A stretch of DNA of 64,000 nucleotides. Source: Podarcis bocagei. Taxonomy: Eukaryota. Every line of letters begins with the position of its first letter. The stretch's first letter is position 1. The position numbers were made by a program, and so were the translations under genes. Location: assembly GCA_964188305.1 (NCBI GenBank), contig OZ076889.1. One strand, written 5' to 3'. The notes below the pieces were generated by a model. The model saw nothing but the letters and a program-made list of their open reading frames with translations, was not told where the DNA came from and ran no database searches. Below, piece by piece: positions 38,791 through 50,713 of the stretch.

Positions 38791-39942
38791 TAGTGGCAAA
38801 AAGGTGGCAGCCAGAAGAGCACTGTTTGAAAGGGGAGGTTTGAAAGCATCTTGTTATTTAAAAAGAGTAACTGTGCAAATGTGAAATGCGAGAAATGAGG
38901 ATATATTCTTATTATTTAATAAATTTCTATATTGCCCTTCATCTGAACATCACAGGGCAGTTTACATATGCTTATAGACTTGGAGAATAAATGGCGCCCT
39001 ATTATTGACCCTGCGAATAGAGGAAACCAGCTGGATACCATCAAAGACTCATGGATAGCTATGTCATGATATATTTCAGAAATGAGGTTTGATATTTTAA
39101 ATTATTGGTTGTAATTTTTAATTTTTGTATAGTTTTATAATTGTCTGATAATGGCTGCAAGCCGCTTTAGTATTTTCTAAATAAATAAAATAATTAAGTT
39201 AATCCCAGAATGCAGGTGGTGTGGGGTGTGGATGGGTGCAAAAAGTGAGCTCCCAGGTCTTAAAAGTGGTGGAAGACTGACAGGCAGACTAGATAATATA
39301 TGACATGTGAAGTGTGTCGCTTCTAGATAGGCCCTAAGCGCATATAATGTTCCACAACAGTGCGGCCCTAAAGACTGCACCAACCTTTTCATTACACACA
39401 AGGGGCAATTTACAAGGCAAAACACAAAGCAACTCTTGAGAATACATGTTGGCCATCCCTAAGCATTCACAATCCAATCCATGTTTACTCAGAAGCAAGA
39501 TTTCAGTGGGGCTTACTTCCTAGCAAGTCTGTTTGGAATGGTAGTATAGCAGCAGAATCATATACATATCCACACAGAGCTAAGTCCCATTTGCTTCAAA
39601 AGAGCTTACTCCTAGGAAGCATAGGATTGCTGCCATCTTCATCTTTTTTTAATGGAACTGAATGTGTACTTGCTGCAATGAATAGAATCATCTATCATCT
39701 TCAATGAAAGATGCCAGAAGAGGGTTGCATAACTGACAGTTGTAGTACTATTAGTCTGATAGTTATCATAGATCAAAGGATGTTCAAGTAATTATGATTA
39801 TCATTGCTGTTGCAATAAATCGCTACTGAGAAGATGATGAGTTGTCTGCAGTAGTAACACAGCTGTAAGAAGAAGTAGCCCTCTGGGCACTGGGATTTTT
39901 ATTATTTTTACTGCTGCTGTCCCTTAGCAATGTTTGGTCATA

Positions 39943-39943
39943 G

Positions 39944-39987
<44 letters not shown>
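39943..39987. repeat. (GTCT)n microsatellite
   Basis: Seen directly. Confidence 0.95.
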
Positions 39988-40073
39988 AGGAAGGGTCACC
40001 AATAAGGATGAACATGTCCTTTTCCTGGTCCGAGGGTGTGTGCTTTCCAGAGGCTTCCCTTGCAATCGTGGGG

Positions 40074-40365
40074 TGTTAAACGGACACCCTATTAAGCACC
40101 CAGAGAATCCAGACTTTCTGCTCTGAAATATAATCGGAGTCCTGTAATGATTTCATGCTCTTTATTGTAGCTTGTAAAAAAGTGACTGAATTGCCCCCCA
40201 AACCTCAGGCTTTTATATACATTATTTACACAATAAGTCCCATCTGACTGGCTGATTCTGCTTCCCTCCTGGAGCCTGATTGGTCTTTTCCTGCAGGCCA
40301 ATCAGTTGTTGCATTCTAGGATCGTACTTGCCTATTGTTCTAAGATCCAAGCTTAGTACATAACA
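40074..40365 (-). mobile_element. LTR-like sequence, probably copia-type
   Basis: TGTTA...TAACA termini; on the - strand CCAAT boxes, TATATAAAAG and AATAAA occur in order; no matching TSD. Confidence 0.6.
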
Positions 40366-42686
40366 TGCTCTAAAACCCTAACCTCGATTTGATGCCATTC
40401 CCTCTCTAGTTTCAGATGTTTAAGAAAAACTGAGAAGAACTGTGCACAATAAATAAATGCACATAAATTCAATTTTCACAATTCATTCAGCGTGTGTGTG
40501 TTTTTGGTGCACACACATAATGCACACCGGAGCAGCAGTGATCCTTGAGCCTCTTCTAAGAACTGGGACATGCAGAGTGCTAATGAATCTGCAAATGCCA
40601 TTTCTTCCTTAAGATATGCAAGCAACTCCACCTCGTTTCCCTTGTTATGAAAATCCATCTTCTCTATTTTGCAGAAGGACCACTGAATGAAATGAGCCAA
40701 ATGAAAAGAGCCAATTCCATGCACGCTTCATTGGCTAACTTTTTAGTGGGCTGGAGCAACAGCTCAGATCCCTTTTGTAGCCGACTTCTCCTTTTTCTTA
40801 CGGAAGACACTGGCAGTCATGTTCCCCACAACTTTCCTGTCTACCTCTTTTCTTAACTAGGCATTTTCACAGCCTTCTCCCATTACCCTGACTAGCCACC
40901 ATTGTTTTGTTGTTCTGCAGGGTTTTCAATCCAAGAAAGGCGCTGCTTTAGCACATTTATCTCTGGGCAGGTACAGCAAGGGCATAAGCAGCATAAAATG
41001 CTGAAGGATCAGAACTGGGCTTGGTGGGGAAACAAACGCCTCATCATTTTTCTTGCCTGCACTCACAAGAAGGATGCCAATTTGTTCAATAAAAACTTTG
41101 TATACCTGTTTCACACCTAACAGGCACCAGTTCAAATCAACTGGCCAGAAACCAGAGCTGCCTATGAAAAGAGAATATGTCCAGTATTCTTCTCACTTTG
41201 AATGTACTATTTCCTCTCAGGTCTGGCAAAGAATTGAGTCATTCACAGTGTCCTTTACAGCGTGATTAATGGCAATTGAGGAAGCACAAACTAAAATGAG
41301 TTAAAAAACAAAACAAAACAAAACCCTCCAAAGAGGTTCTCTGTGAAGGGAGACAGACACATTTTAAAACACTAGCATGGTATTTCTCCAGAACCATAAG
41401 AAAGCTTAGGGTGGTGGCTACCTTTCTCCATCCTACTCCCTTCTTCCCAGGGTATGGGGCCATGTGCAGTTTTGCTGCAATCTGACAGCAACACAGGAAG
41501 GGATACATACACAAGCAAACTATCACCATGTACGTCAGGACCTTAACCACAATTTGAGTGGAGCAGCAAGCACACCAGCATTTCACAGGACAAATCCTAG
41601 AAGCCCTGTTGAGTTCAACAGATCTTGCTTATCTTAGCTGAGACGTCTTTTTCCCAGCTAAGTGTATACAGTACTTCAACCTTAGCTTTTCAAAAACAAC
41701 AGCAGGCATGCCCTGAGCTCTTGTGCCTTTGGAATCTAATCTTCACCCTGACTGAATTTTGCAGAATTGCTGGGACTTCGCTTTTGTGTGTTGCCAAGCA
41801 TCATGACCTTTCCTCCAAGGATATCAGTGGCTGTCCTGCTTATCCCAACATGTCTCTAATGTAGGTGAGGTAGACACTAGGTCAGTCACTTATAAGGTGG
41901 CTTGCCCAGGATCGTCTGATTATCTTCATGGCTCAACAGGAATTTCAACCCACACCTCCCTGGTCCACATCCCATATTCTTTCCACACCAGCTCTCACCA
42001 GTGAGAAAAGAATGGGATTATTCACACCTCTCTAAAGTGCATTAACCATTAATTCACTGGTCTTTTGTCAATGTTGCTTAGACAAACCAGAGTGATATGC
42101 AACTAAGCCAGACTCAGAGAACAGTCACTGAAAGGGGTGAGCATGACAGTTAGGTCCATTAATTTCAGCTGATCTACTCCAAGTAAAGTTTAACGGAATA
42201 CCACCCATAGTGATTGTCCTCAAATCTCTATCTCCACTTCTGGCTCCCCAAACTTGCTTGCTCTACCAAGCCACACTCCAGTCCTGCTGCTGACTTGGGT
42301 TTTGTAACCACAGCAAAACTTGCTGTGTAGGCAGGAGATTTATGTGTCATGCTGAGCAACAAACCAACTCACAAGGTAGACCTACAAAGAGGACTCAGAA
42401 AATACTGCTCCTTTTAGATAAATCAAACAAGTACTCTTTCATGAATTCCTGAGTTACCAAATGACTCAGCTTCACAAGGGGAGCTTGCAATTATCCTTAT
42501 TCACTAGACTATCCCAAGATCCAGCAGCCAAAGACTCCTCTCTTCATCCCCTGCAGTTGAAGCCTCCATGTGAAACCCAGAGTCCCTTGTAAACTCAGAA
42601 CAGAGCAAATACTACACACTCCCAATTAGACAACAACTCTGGCACAGGGAAAACAATAAAGAAAGGTGCTAAGAAGTGCATGTGCA

Positions 42687-43141
42687 CAGTGGCGTAGCGT
42701 GGGGGGTGCCAGGGGGGCAGGCTGCACCGGGCGCAACATCTGGGGGGGGGCGCGCTCGCTGCCTCCGGAGTCGCCGAAGAGCCTCGGGCGCAGGCTGTAG
42801 CAGAGCCGCATGTCTCGCGGAACCGACGAGCTGTGCGCGCGTCCGGGCTGAAGGCGCCCGGCAGGCAGCGGCTCTCAGCGCTCGCCGCGGAGGACGCGCC
42901 AGGCAGCCCCTCCTCACAGCCCCGCCTCCGCCGGTGCTGCTGCAGCTGCTGGGCCGTTGCATTTTCCTCGCCTCTCTGCCCCCCTCCTCCTCCGGGCAAG
43001 CGGCGTCGTTTGGGCGGCAGCGCCAGCGGCAACTCGCAGGTTAGGGGTTAGGGGGGGCGCAAATTACGTGCCTTGCCCCGGGTTAGGGGGCGCAAATTAC
43101 TTGCGTTGCCCCGGGTGCTGACAACTCACACTACGCCGCTG
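42687..43141. mobile_element. hAT element of the same family as 31044-31212, carrying ~290 bp of CpG-rich cargo (Pack-hAT-like)
   Basis: TIR CAGTGGCGTAGCGTG; perfect 8-bp TSD CATGTGCA at 42679-42686 and 43142-43149. Confidence 0.93.
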
Positions 43142-43762
43142 CATGTGCATGTTTCTTGGCTAGGCAGTGCAGTGCTAATGGAGGAGGAGGGTGACAATGT
43201 CACTCTATGGCAGTGACATCTTTGGAGCCAAGACAATAAGTATTATATAGAAAAGGTCTGGGGGACAGCATAAAATGGAACATGATGCAGTGGAGTCTGC
43301 AGAATAGTCATAAAGGAGTGTAGTAACATGGTGCTGAGAGCAAAGGAGAAAGCACAGGGTCACTTCAGTAATGTACATTTCTGTTCCTAAGGATTCAACC
43401 TAAACTCATTTTGAGCATCCTTTGGGATCTGGCTGTCTGAGATGACCAGTAGCTGCTGGGGGGCTGTGTGGTGACTCTAAAGCAGCGAAGAACTAGGATA
43501 CCCTGTCTGGAGTAATAGTGATTTGGATGGTACAGTAGTGCTTACCAGAGGTGAAGTGGTTGTGGGAGGGAGGCAGGTTCAAGACCTGTTACAATTTTGC
43601 AACAGAGGCCTGTTTCCAGCATCCTAGAGTTACCTAATCAGCATGAAAGGGGAGCTTTTTAGGAACTTAGAAATCTTCACACCCTTTGTATAGATGGGAG
43701 TCAATTGGCCCAAGAGGATGTGAGTCAGTCACTGGGGACTGGCTCCTAGGGTCACCCTAGGC

Positions 43763-44013
43763 CAGGGGTCAGCAACCTTTTTCAGCCGTGGGCCGGTCCA
43801 CCATGCCTCAGACCATGTGGTGGGCCGGACTATATTTTGAAGGGGTGGGATGAATGAATTCCTATGCCCCACAAATAACCCAGAGATGCTTTTTAAATAA
43901 AAGCACACATTCTACTCATGTAAAAACACACTGATTCCCAGATTGTCCGTGGGCCGGATTGAGAAGGTGATTGGGCCACATCCAGCCCCTGGGCCTTAGG
44001 TTGCCTACCCCTG
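43763..44013. mobile_element. Non-autonomous hAT-Charlie element (OposCharlie1/OC1-like)
   Basis: TIR CAGGGGT..GCAACCT; TSD CCCTAGGC/CCCTAGAG; internal CCTCAGACC...GGGCCGGACTATA...AATTCCTATGC resembles OC1 non-autonomous elements as recalled. Confidence 0.75.
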
Positions 44014-44574
44014 CCCTAGAGAGATAGCGTGTGGGGAAAATATTTGAGTCATTTTGTTTGGTCCAAAGTTAAACATTTAGGAATAGTAAAAACCCAAGGT
44101 ACTTCAGTGTCAAAAGAATGGTGTGCAAGTTCAGTTACATACAATGGAACTTCAAGAAACAGAATCATAGAGTTCAAAACAAGATAGTGGAGCACTCCAA
44201 ATCATTTGTCCATGTACATGCACGAAAATAGTACTTGTAGAGGAAAGGCAACAGGTGGATAATGCATCCCTACTTATAATCATTGTATATTCTCAGAAGC
44301 GACTATGCCTGTGACATCACGAAGGGGCCCTGCACTTCTGAATTTGCTGCCATGTTACTGGCACTCACCTTATTGAAAACTGAGGCAACAAAGGGCTTAG
44401 GGCAATTGGATATGGTAGGCTGCAATAGTTCAATGGTGTGTCCGACACAAATAGAGAATCTTTTTGTAGCACCTCAGAGACCAGCAGCATTTTTATTTCC
44501 ACGTTCCTTGCATTTTTATATCACCCTCTAAATTGAGCTCAGGCCCTTACACTACAAAAACCTAAAGCAGTATA

Positions 44575-44637
44575 AAAGGTAAAGGTAAAGGGACCCCTGA
44601 CCATTAGGTCCAGTCACGGACGACTCTGGGGTTGCAG
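44575..44637 (-). mobile_element. Sauria SINE 3' end fragment
   Basis: AAAGGTAAAGGTAAAGGGACCCCTGACCATTAGG, as at 22761. Confidence 0.8.
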
Positions 44638-44779
44638 TATACTGTACATATGATCATATAGACATCACTTTCCCCTTAAAATAACTGTGGATTGCCTGAA
44701 GATCATCGATGCTGTGTCCACGAATGTTGTAGCATCGAAAGCCCGCAAACATTTGGTCCACTAAATCTCAGTCCACACA

Positions 44780-45560
44780 ATAAGAAGCCAACGAGGGGCA
44801 GCCACTCTGCGGCGGGCGAGGCTCTCCAAAGCAGCCCGGTGGGGGGAAAGGGCGCGCGCAAGAGGGACTCCTCAGAGGTGAGGTGCTAAGGAGTCGCTTT
44901 CGCCCCAGAGGCCACTGGGGTGGGGAGGACACCGAAGGACGGGGCTCTGAAGACGCGCGCGAAAGGGAGGCCCTAGCTAGGCTCGGGGCGCCCCGAGAGG
45001 ATGCTGGAAGCTGGTTGGGGAGGGGGGAGGGGAAGGCGCTCGCTCGGAGATTCCCTGACTTGGCGGCGAAGCTGCAGCCCGAGCGGGCGGAGGCGGAGGA
45101 GGGGAGCGGAGCCAGGCAGCGCGCCTCCCTCTCCCGCCTCCCCGAGCCCGCGGCGCCCGGCAGCGGCTCCTGCAGCATGTTGGGCAGGGTGCGCTCCGCG
45201 ATGGCGCAACTCGTCGGGGGCCTGGGGAGCGGAGGAAGCCCCTCGAGCCCGCCGCCCGCCACGGCCTCCTCCGGCTCGGCGGCGCCTCCGCCCCCTCCTC
45301 CGCCCGCTGCCCCCGGGCCCAGCTCCAGCGCCGCCGCCAGCACCGGTCCCTGCCGGGAACCGCCCCGAAGCAGCTTCTCCAGACCGGCTTTCCTACAGCT
45401 CACGCCCGAGGAGCTTCTGCGGGCGGATGACCACACGGGCCGAGCCGTCCAGAGCCCCCGCGAGAGCCGCCGCCGCTTGCCTTGGAGCACCGGCTACGCC
45501 GAGTAGGAGAGGGCGGGCGAGAGGGGAGGGCAGGCGGGGAGAGGGCAGCTTCGCGGGACC
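44780..45560. promoter_or_regulatory. CpG island: PPM1J promoter and exon 1
   Basis: High GC/CpG content, GC boxes (GGGCGG), overlaps the start codon. Confidence 0.9.
45177..45502 (+). CDS. PPM1J: Protein phosphatase 1J (PP2C-zeta), coding exon 1
   Basis: MLGRVRSAMAQLV...SFSRPAFLQLTPEELLRADDHTGRAVQSP...RRLPWSTGYAE matches the PPM1J N-terminus as recalled; donor GA|GTAGGA, phase 2. Confidence 0.93.
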
Positions 45561-46049
45561 GCTGGGAAGCATACCCCACCCAGAGATTATTATTTTTAAG
45601 TGGGGGGGGGGTGCGTGCTTGTGGATCTTGTAGTTATGTCTGTCTCTCCCTCTCTGCCCTTCCCAATCTTGGGCGTGTAGCGGGTGGTAAAGTGTCTCTG
45701 AGCATGTTCAGACAACTTTGGGATTTAAAGATAAGGGCTTTCGGAGCCAAGGCGAACTTACGGTCTATGTATGGCTCGCAAAGCGAGCCTCCAGCTTCAG
45801 GGGCAGTCTACCATTGAATACCTGTTGGTGAGCGCGTGTTTGTTTCTACCACGGTAGGGGCGCACGTGGTGCTTGCGGGCTTCCCGCATGCATCAAGATG
45901 GTCCTTGGGGAATACGGATCCAGCACCAGAGCCCCTCCTATAATCTAACCTTTAACGTCGAGGTAGATTCCAGCCTTTCTTAATCATTCTAGCCATAGCT
46001 CCCTTAGTATGAAGGTGTCGAGAAGGGAGGGTGTATTCACGTGTAGATG

Positions 46050-46370
46050 AGGTAACGCGATGAGACTCGGGCTCTGGCCTTTCCAATCCGCCGATCAATT
46101 GATAATGGCCCTTTCCTCAAACGCGAGCAACCTCACCCCACATCCCCCACCCTTGCGCCGTAGGTCTTCGCGCAGCTGCGCCGCTCACCCTCTTGCAAGT
46201 TAGCCTGGCGCGCCCCGATCTCTGAGGACTTGTGAGCGCAGGTGCGCGGTCAGGTGGAGAAGCCCCGTCGCGTAGCCACTCGGCTGTCCAAGATGCTTCA
46301 CTCACCTTGGACGGTCTGAAGATGCTCTGCGGCCGCTCATGGAGAAGGCAGGGCGGGGCTATGGGGCTGG
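46050..46370. promoter_or_regulatory. Secondary CpG-rich cluster in PPM1J intron 1
   Basis: Retained CpGs in apparently non-repetitive sequence. Confidence 0.45.
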
Positions 46371-46801
46371 GAGTAGTTCTTTAAGCTAACCAAGCCTAGC
46401 AGGGTGCTCTGTGTCCGGTTTCGCAGAGGACAGTCTTCGTTTGGTGGGCAGTGAAGAAGAGAAAGAAGATACAGAGGAGAAGGGAGGGTGTTTGAAGTTG
46501 CCCATCACCTGGAAAGTAGACAGAGCAGGCATACAGGTTAGCTCCTCGCAATCTTCCCTGATGTGCTTAAATTGTAGCAATTGTTTTTAAAGTTTGTGTT
46601 TAGTTATATGCAACAACACATGCAAATTTTATGCAGTTTTTATCCAGTATGTTCCTTCTTTTTGGGTGATGTGCAGGAGGGAAAACGTGGAACACTGCCT
46701 GTGTATCTATTTTCCGCTTCTGCTGTTAAAGGCATATTGAGACTGTTACCTGTTTACATGCAACCTGATCCTTATGAGGAAGTGAGCTCAGCTGTGTACA
46801 G

Positions 46802-47003
46802 CAGAGCTTTCCAAACTGTGTCGCGACACATTAGTGTGTCGGCTGCAGTGTGTAAGTGTTGCACAGATTATCCCCACGCTCCTCCCAGGGCTGGAAAGGG
46901 GTTAGTTTCACCTCCGACTTGCTAGTAAAACTGATTAACTGTGTCATGAAATGATGCATGTTTAAAAAGTGTGTCACCAACATGAGAAGTTTGGAAAGCT
47001 CTG
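46802..47003. mobile_element. Non-autonomous hAT element
   Basis: Perfect TIR CAGAGCTTTCCAAACT; TSD GTGTACAG/GTGCACAG. Confidence 0.9.
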
Positions 47004-47327
47004 GTGCACAGTGACATTTTTATGTTCTAGGAACTGTGCATAGGCTTGCTGTGGGAGAATCTGTCTCTCTTGAATGATTTACATTAGGTGCAGCTGAGAG
47101 TCCCAGGAAAGGCTTGAGTTCCTTGCCGCCGCCTTTAAAGGTAAGGCAGGCAGGTGTTGGATTAGTTGCTGGGAGAGGTCAGTGATGCTATCAGACTGAG
47201 TCTCCTAACCTTCTTTTCTTCAGAAAGTTTGTAAATGATCATTTCTTGCAACAACACCCACCCACCAAAATTTGTCATTACAAATGGACAGCTCCTGTCT
47301 TTTTCTTCAGCTTTGTTCATAATAAAT

Positions 47328-47398
47328 ACAATATAGAGAAGATTAGTATAGCTCGTGAGGGAGGATGACCTTCGAATTCATGAAATATTCCAGATTTT
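47328..47398 (+). pseudogene. Degenerate U6 snRNA copy (3' two-thirds)
   Basis: Manual ungapped alignment to recalled vertebrate U6 gives 53/71 identities (AGAGAAGATTAG...AGGATGAC...AATTC.TGAA...TTCCA.ATTTT); ACAGAGA box and AGC triad are mutated. Confidence 0.8.
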
Positions 47399-48675
47399 GT
47401 CATATACAAGATGATTAAACACTGAAAATCAGGATCTCTTGGGGTCAAGGCCATCATGATTTTAAAAATAAAGCTCTCCATGTTCCACAGTCCCCATCAA
47501 ATTACCATCCCCACTTTGCTACTGTTAAAGGAAAAACAGACATTTTAAATGCAGTCTTGCATTTAATGTTAACCCACTTTTGGCTCTCATGCACACCCAC
47601 ACAAGCAGCTCTCTTGTCCTTGCAGTTGGAAGAAAAAGCTTGAAAATATGGCTAAATGTATTTTTGGAGAGAATCCAGAACATACAAAAATAGCAAACTA
47701 CTTTAACAGAAAATACACCCTCTGGTGTCTGGGGCTTGTATGGGTGAATTTTTAATTTTTATTCTCACTAAGATCACCACACATTATTCTGAACAGGTTC
47801 CTGCGGATAGAAATTCAGTAGCTAAAGTTTTTATGGGGTATAGCGAGATGCAGTGTTTGGGGAAATTGGCATTTAGCTGGTGAAATATAGGAGTTTGGAC
47901 AGACAAAGGAGCTCATGCTTGTTTTAGCTGGGTCTCTTTTTTAAAAAATATACCGGTAATTCATAGGGTTTATATTACAAAACACTGAAACTACATAAAA
48001 GAGAGCTTTTACTCCTTCCCTCTTTTATTCTATTTTTATTCCTATGTACATTTCACATATCTACATAAAATTATAGTTTCAGTTTCCAATAAGTGAAACG
48101 TTCCACTTTTCATAAAAGTGGATGACTCCTTGCTCCTCTGTCCCTGACCTTAGCTTGCCTTTGTTTGGCAGGAAAACACATCTTGGTTATAAGAAGGTTA
48201 CTAGGGCTCAGCCCTGAGATAATGATACAGGTTCTAAAAATAATTATCTAGATAGGGGAGGTGCCCTTTGCTGATCTGGTTTTCTTTTCTTTCTGAACTT
48301 TTTATTTAGGGAAGGAGAGACCTTGACCATTGTTGTCAATTGAACACTTGGATCTGTTTCCTCTGGAGAAGCTCCATTAAAATTACTGGTTACTCTCAAA
48401 GTTGCAGGTTGTGTTTATGCAGTGAACATTTACTGAGATAAATGCTGCTGAATTCAGTAGGGCTTATTCTCAACTAAGCATACATAGGATCTCAGCCTGA
48501 GGCGTAAGTGCACTTAACTTGAAGGCTGGATTGAAATCTGCTTCAAAGTAAAAGTGTTTAAAACAGGGGTATTTGGTTGTAAATGGAAACATATATTTGT
48601 AGCTGTGTGGAAACTGGCTGGGCGTTACCGTTTGCAGGATTTGGAACTTCCTAGATGAAAGTGATATATAAATGT

Positions 48676-48967
48676 AGAAATCATGCTCCGGTAGCGCAGC
48701 AGCAGCAGGAGGCCCCATTAGCTAAAGTGGTACCTCAGGTTAAGATCAGTTTCAGGTTAAGAACTTAATTCGTTCTGGAGGGCTGTTCTTAACCTGAAAC
48801 TGTTCTTAACCTGAGGTACCACTTTAGCTAATGGGGCCTGCTGCTGCTGCCGCGCTGCCGGAGCACGATTTCTGTTCTCATCCTGAAGCAAAGTTCTTAA
48901 CTCGAGGTACTATTTCTGGGTTAGTGGAGTCTGTAACCTGAAGTGTATGTAACCTGAGGTACCACTA
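48676..48967 (-). mobile_element. Tigger-like MITE family A copy 4, with an inverted self-duplication
   Basis: - strand copy whose missing end is replaced by an inverted ~89-bp internal segment. Confidence 0.88.
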
Positions 48968-50350
48968 TAACTGTTGTGCATCACTTTGAGATGCCTCATG
49001 AGAAGCGATTCAGAAATAAAATAAATAAGAAGTAAGCAAATAACCAGGACTGACTCAAGGCAATTTGCTCCTTGAGGCAGAGGGCAAGGTGGCACATCCC
49101 TCCATTCCATGCCCAAAACTCACTGGACTTCAACACTGGCAATGGGATGACTTCCTCCAGGGCACCTGAGGGCAGCAGGCTTGTTTAGGATGTGTGTGAT
49201 AGGCCTGGGGAACATTTAGGTCTAATGTTGAACAGTGAGGAATAGCCAGAGTGTCCTGGAGGAATAGCTGGGTGTGGGAAGGCTGCCATTGCTGCCCACA
49301 GCACCTGCCATCTGGGATTAGTGCCTCTCTCTGCACATAACTGTCCAACGGTGCCATGGCCCTGCTCAAAATGAGCCACCCTAATCCACTAATGCATGTT
49401 TGTTTTACATACTTCCATCATGCATTGCTGGAGAATGTAGAAAGTTAAGGTTCTTTTAAGGGTAGAAACGTACCAAAGGACCACTTCATAGGCAACAAAT
49501 TGTAAGAAATACAAATCTGGGTTTGATTCCCGTTTTCTTAAGAATCTTACCCATATAATGACATGTTTGCTGCAGTTATGCTTTATCATTTGTAGATGCA
49601 CATTTCTTTGTAATGTCTGAAGCTGCCCACAAATCTGTGAAGGCTGAGATAAAACTCAACACATTTGGGTGACATTATTTCTGAGAAGGAATCTAGGTGT
49701 ACCATGTAAGCTGCAGTCTTAACTATGGCTACTCAGAAGTATGTCCCATTGAATGCAGTGGGAGCTACTTACAGATAAGTGAGGTCAGGATTGCAGCTGT
49801 AGTCTTTATGGGATAACAGTAAATTGAATCACGTGATATGTACCAAATCACAGCACTGCCAAATTTCAAGCAGCCTCTGTAGCAGTTTTTCTTGCCCTGG
49901 GATCAGGGAGAATTTTGTTTCAGTTCGCAATTGGAGGACTTGCTTAATTCCCACTTTCCCAAAACAAGACATGAACTGAAACAGCCCTCTTTTGAAATTC
50001 GCACTTCTCCAAATTTTGCTATGCAAGTTTGTCAGCTAAGTAACGTGTACAAAAATATATATGCTAGTGCAACGTGTGCATAGAAATGCATATGTTAGTG
50101 AAAAATAACATACAAATATGCAACATATTAGGAGAAACAGTTTTGCAAGATTTGACATATTTGCCCATCCCTGCCCTTGACAGTGGCAAACAGCAGGGAA
50201 CCCTCAGGAAAAGCTTTTCACAGCTTGGAAATGATCTATCTCCATCTTCTGGAGTTCACTGTCTTGCAGTGGGGCCTGTACCAGCTGGCCCTGCTCCTGC
50301 CATTGTGTTCCTGCCCCCTGCTCTCATTGGGGGAAGCTATCCAAATTCAT

Positions 50351-50713
50351 GGATGTGGGTGGCGCTGTGGGTAAAAGCCTCAGTGCCTAGGACTTGCCGA
50401 TCGAAAGGTCGGCGGTTCGAATCCCCGCGGCGGGGTGCGCTCCCATTGCTCGGTCCCAGCGCCTGCCAACCTAGCAGTTCTAAAGCACCCTCAGGTGCAA
50501 GTAGATAAATAGGGACCACTTACTGGCGGGAAGGTAAACGGCGTTTCCGTGCGCTGCACTGGCTCGCCAGATGCAGCTTCGTCATGCTGGCCACGTGACC
50601 CGGAAGTGTCTGCGGACAGCGCTGGCTCCTGGCCTCTTGAGCGAGATGGGCGCACAACCCTAGAGTCGGACACGACTGGCCCGTACGGGCAGGGGTACCT
50701 TTACCTTTACCTT
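50351..50713 (+). mobile_element. Full-length Sauria SINE
   Basis: B-box GGTTCGAATCC, (ACCTTT)n tail; TSD TATCCAAATTCATG at 50338-50351 and 50714-50727. Confidence 0.93.

Noticed and set aside
44768-45633. 240-aa antisense and 210-aa alternative-frame ORFs
   Set aside because: GC-rich shadows of PPM1J exon 1.
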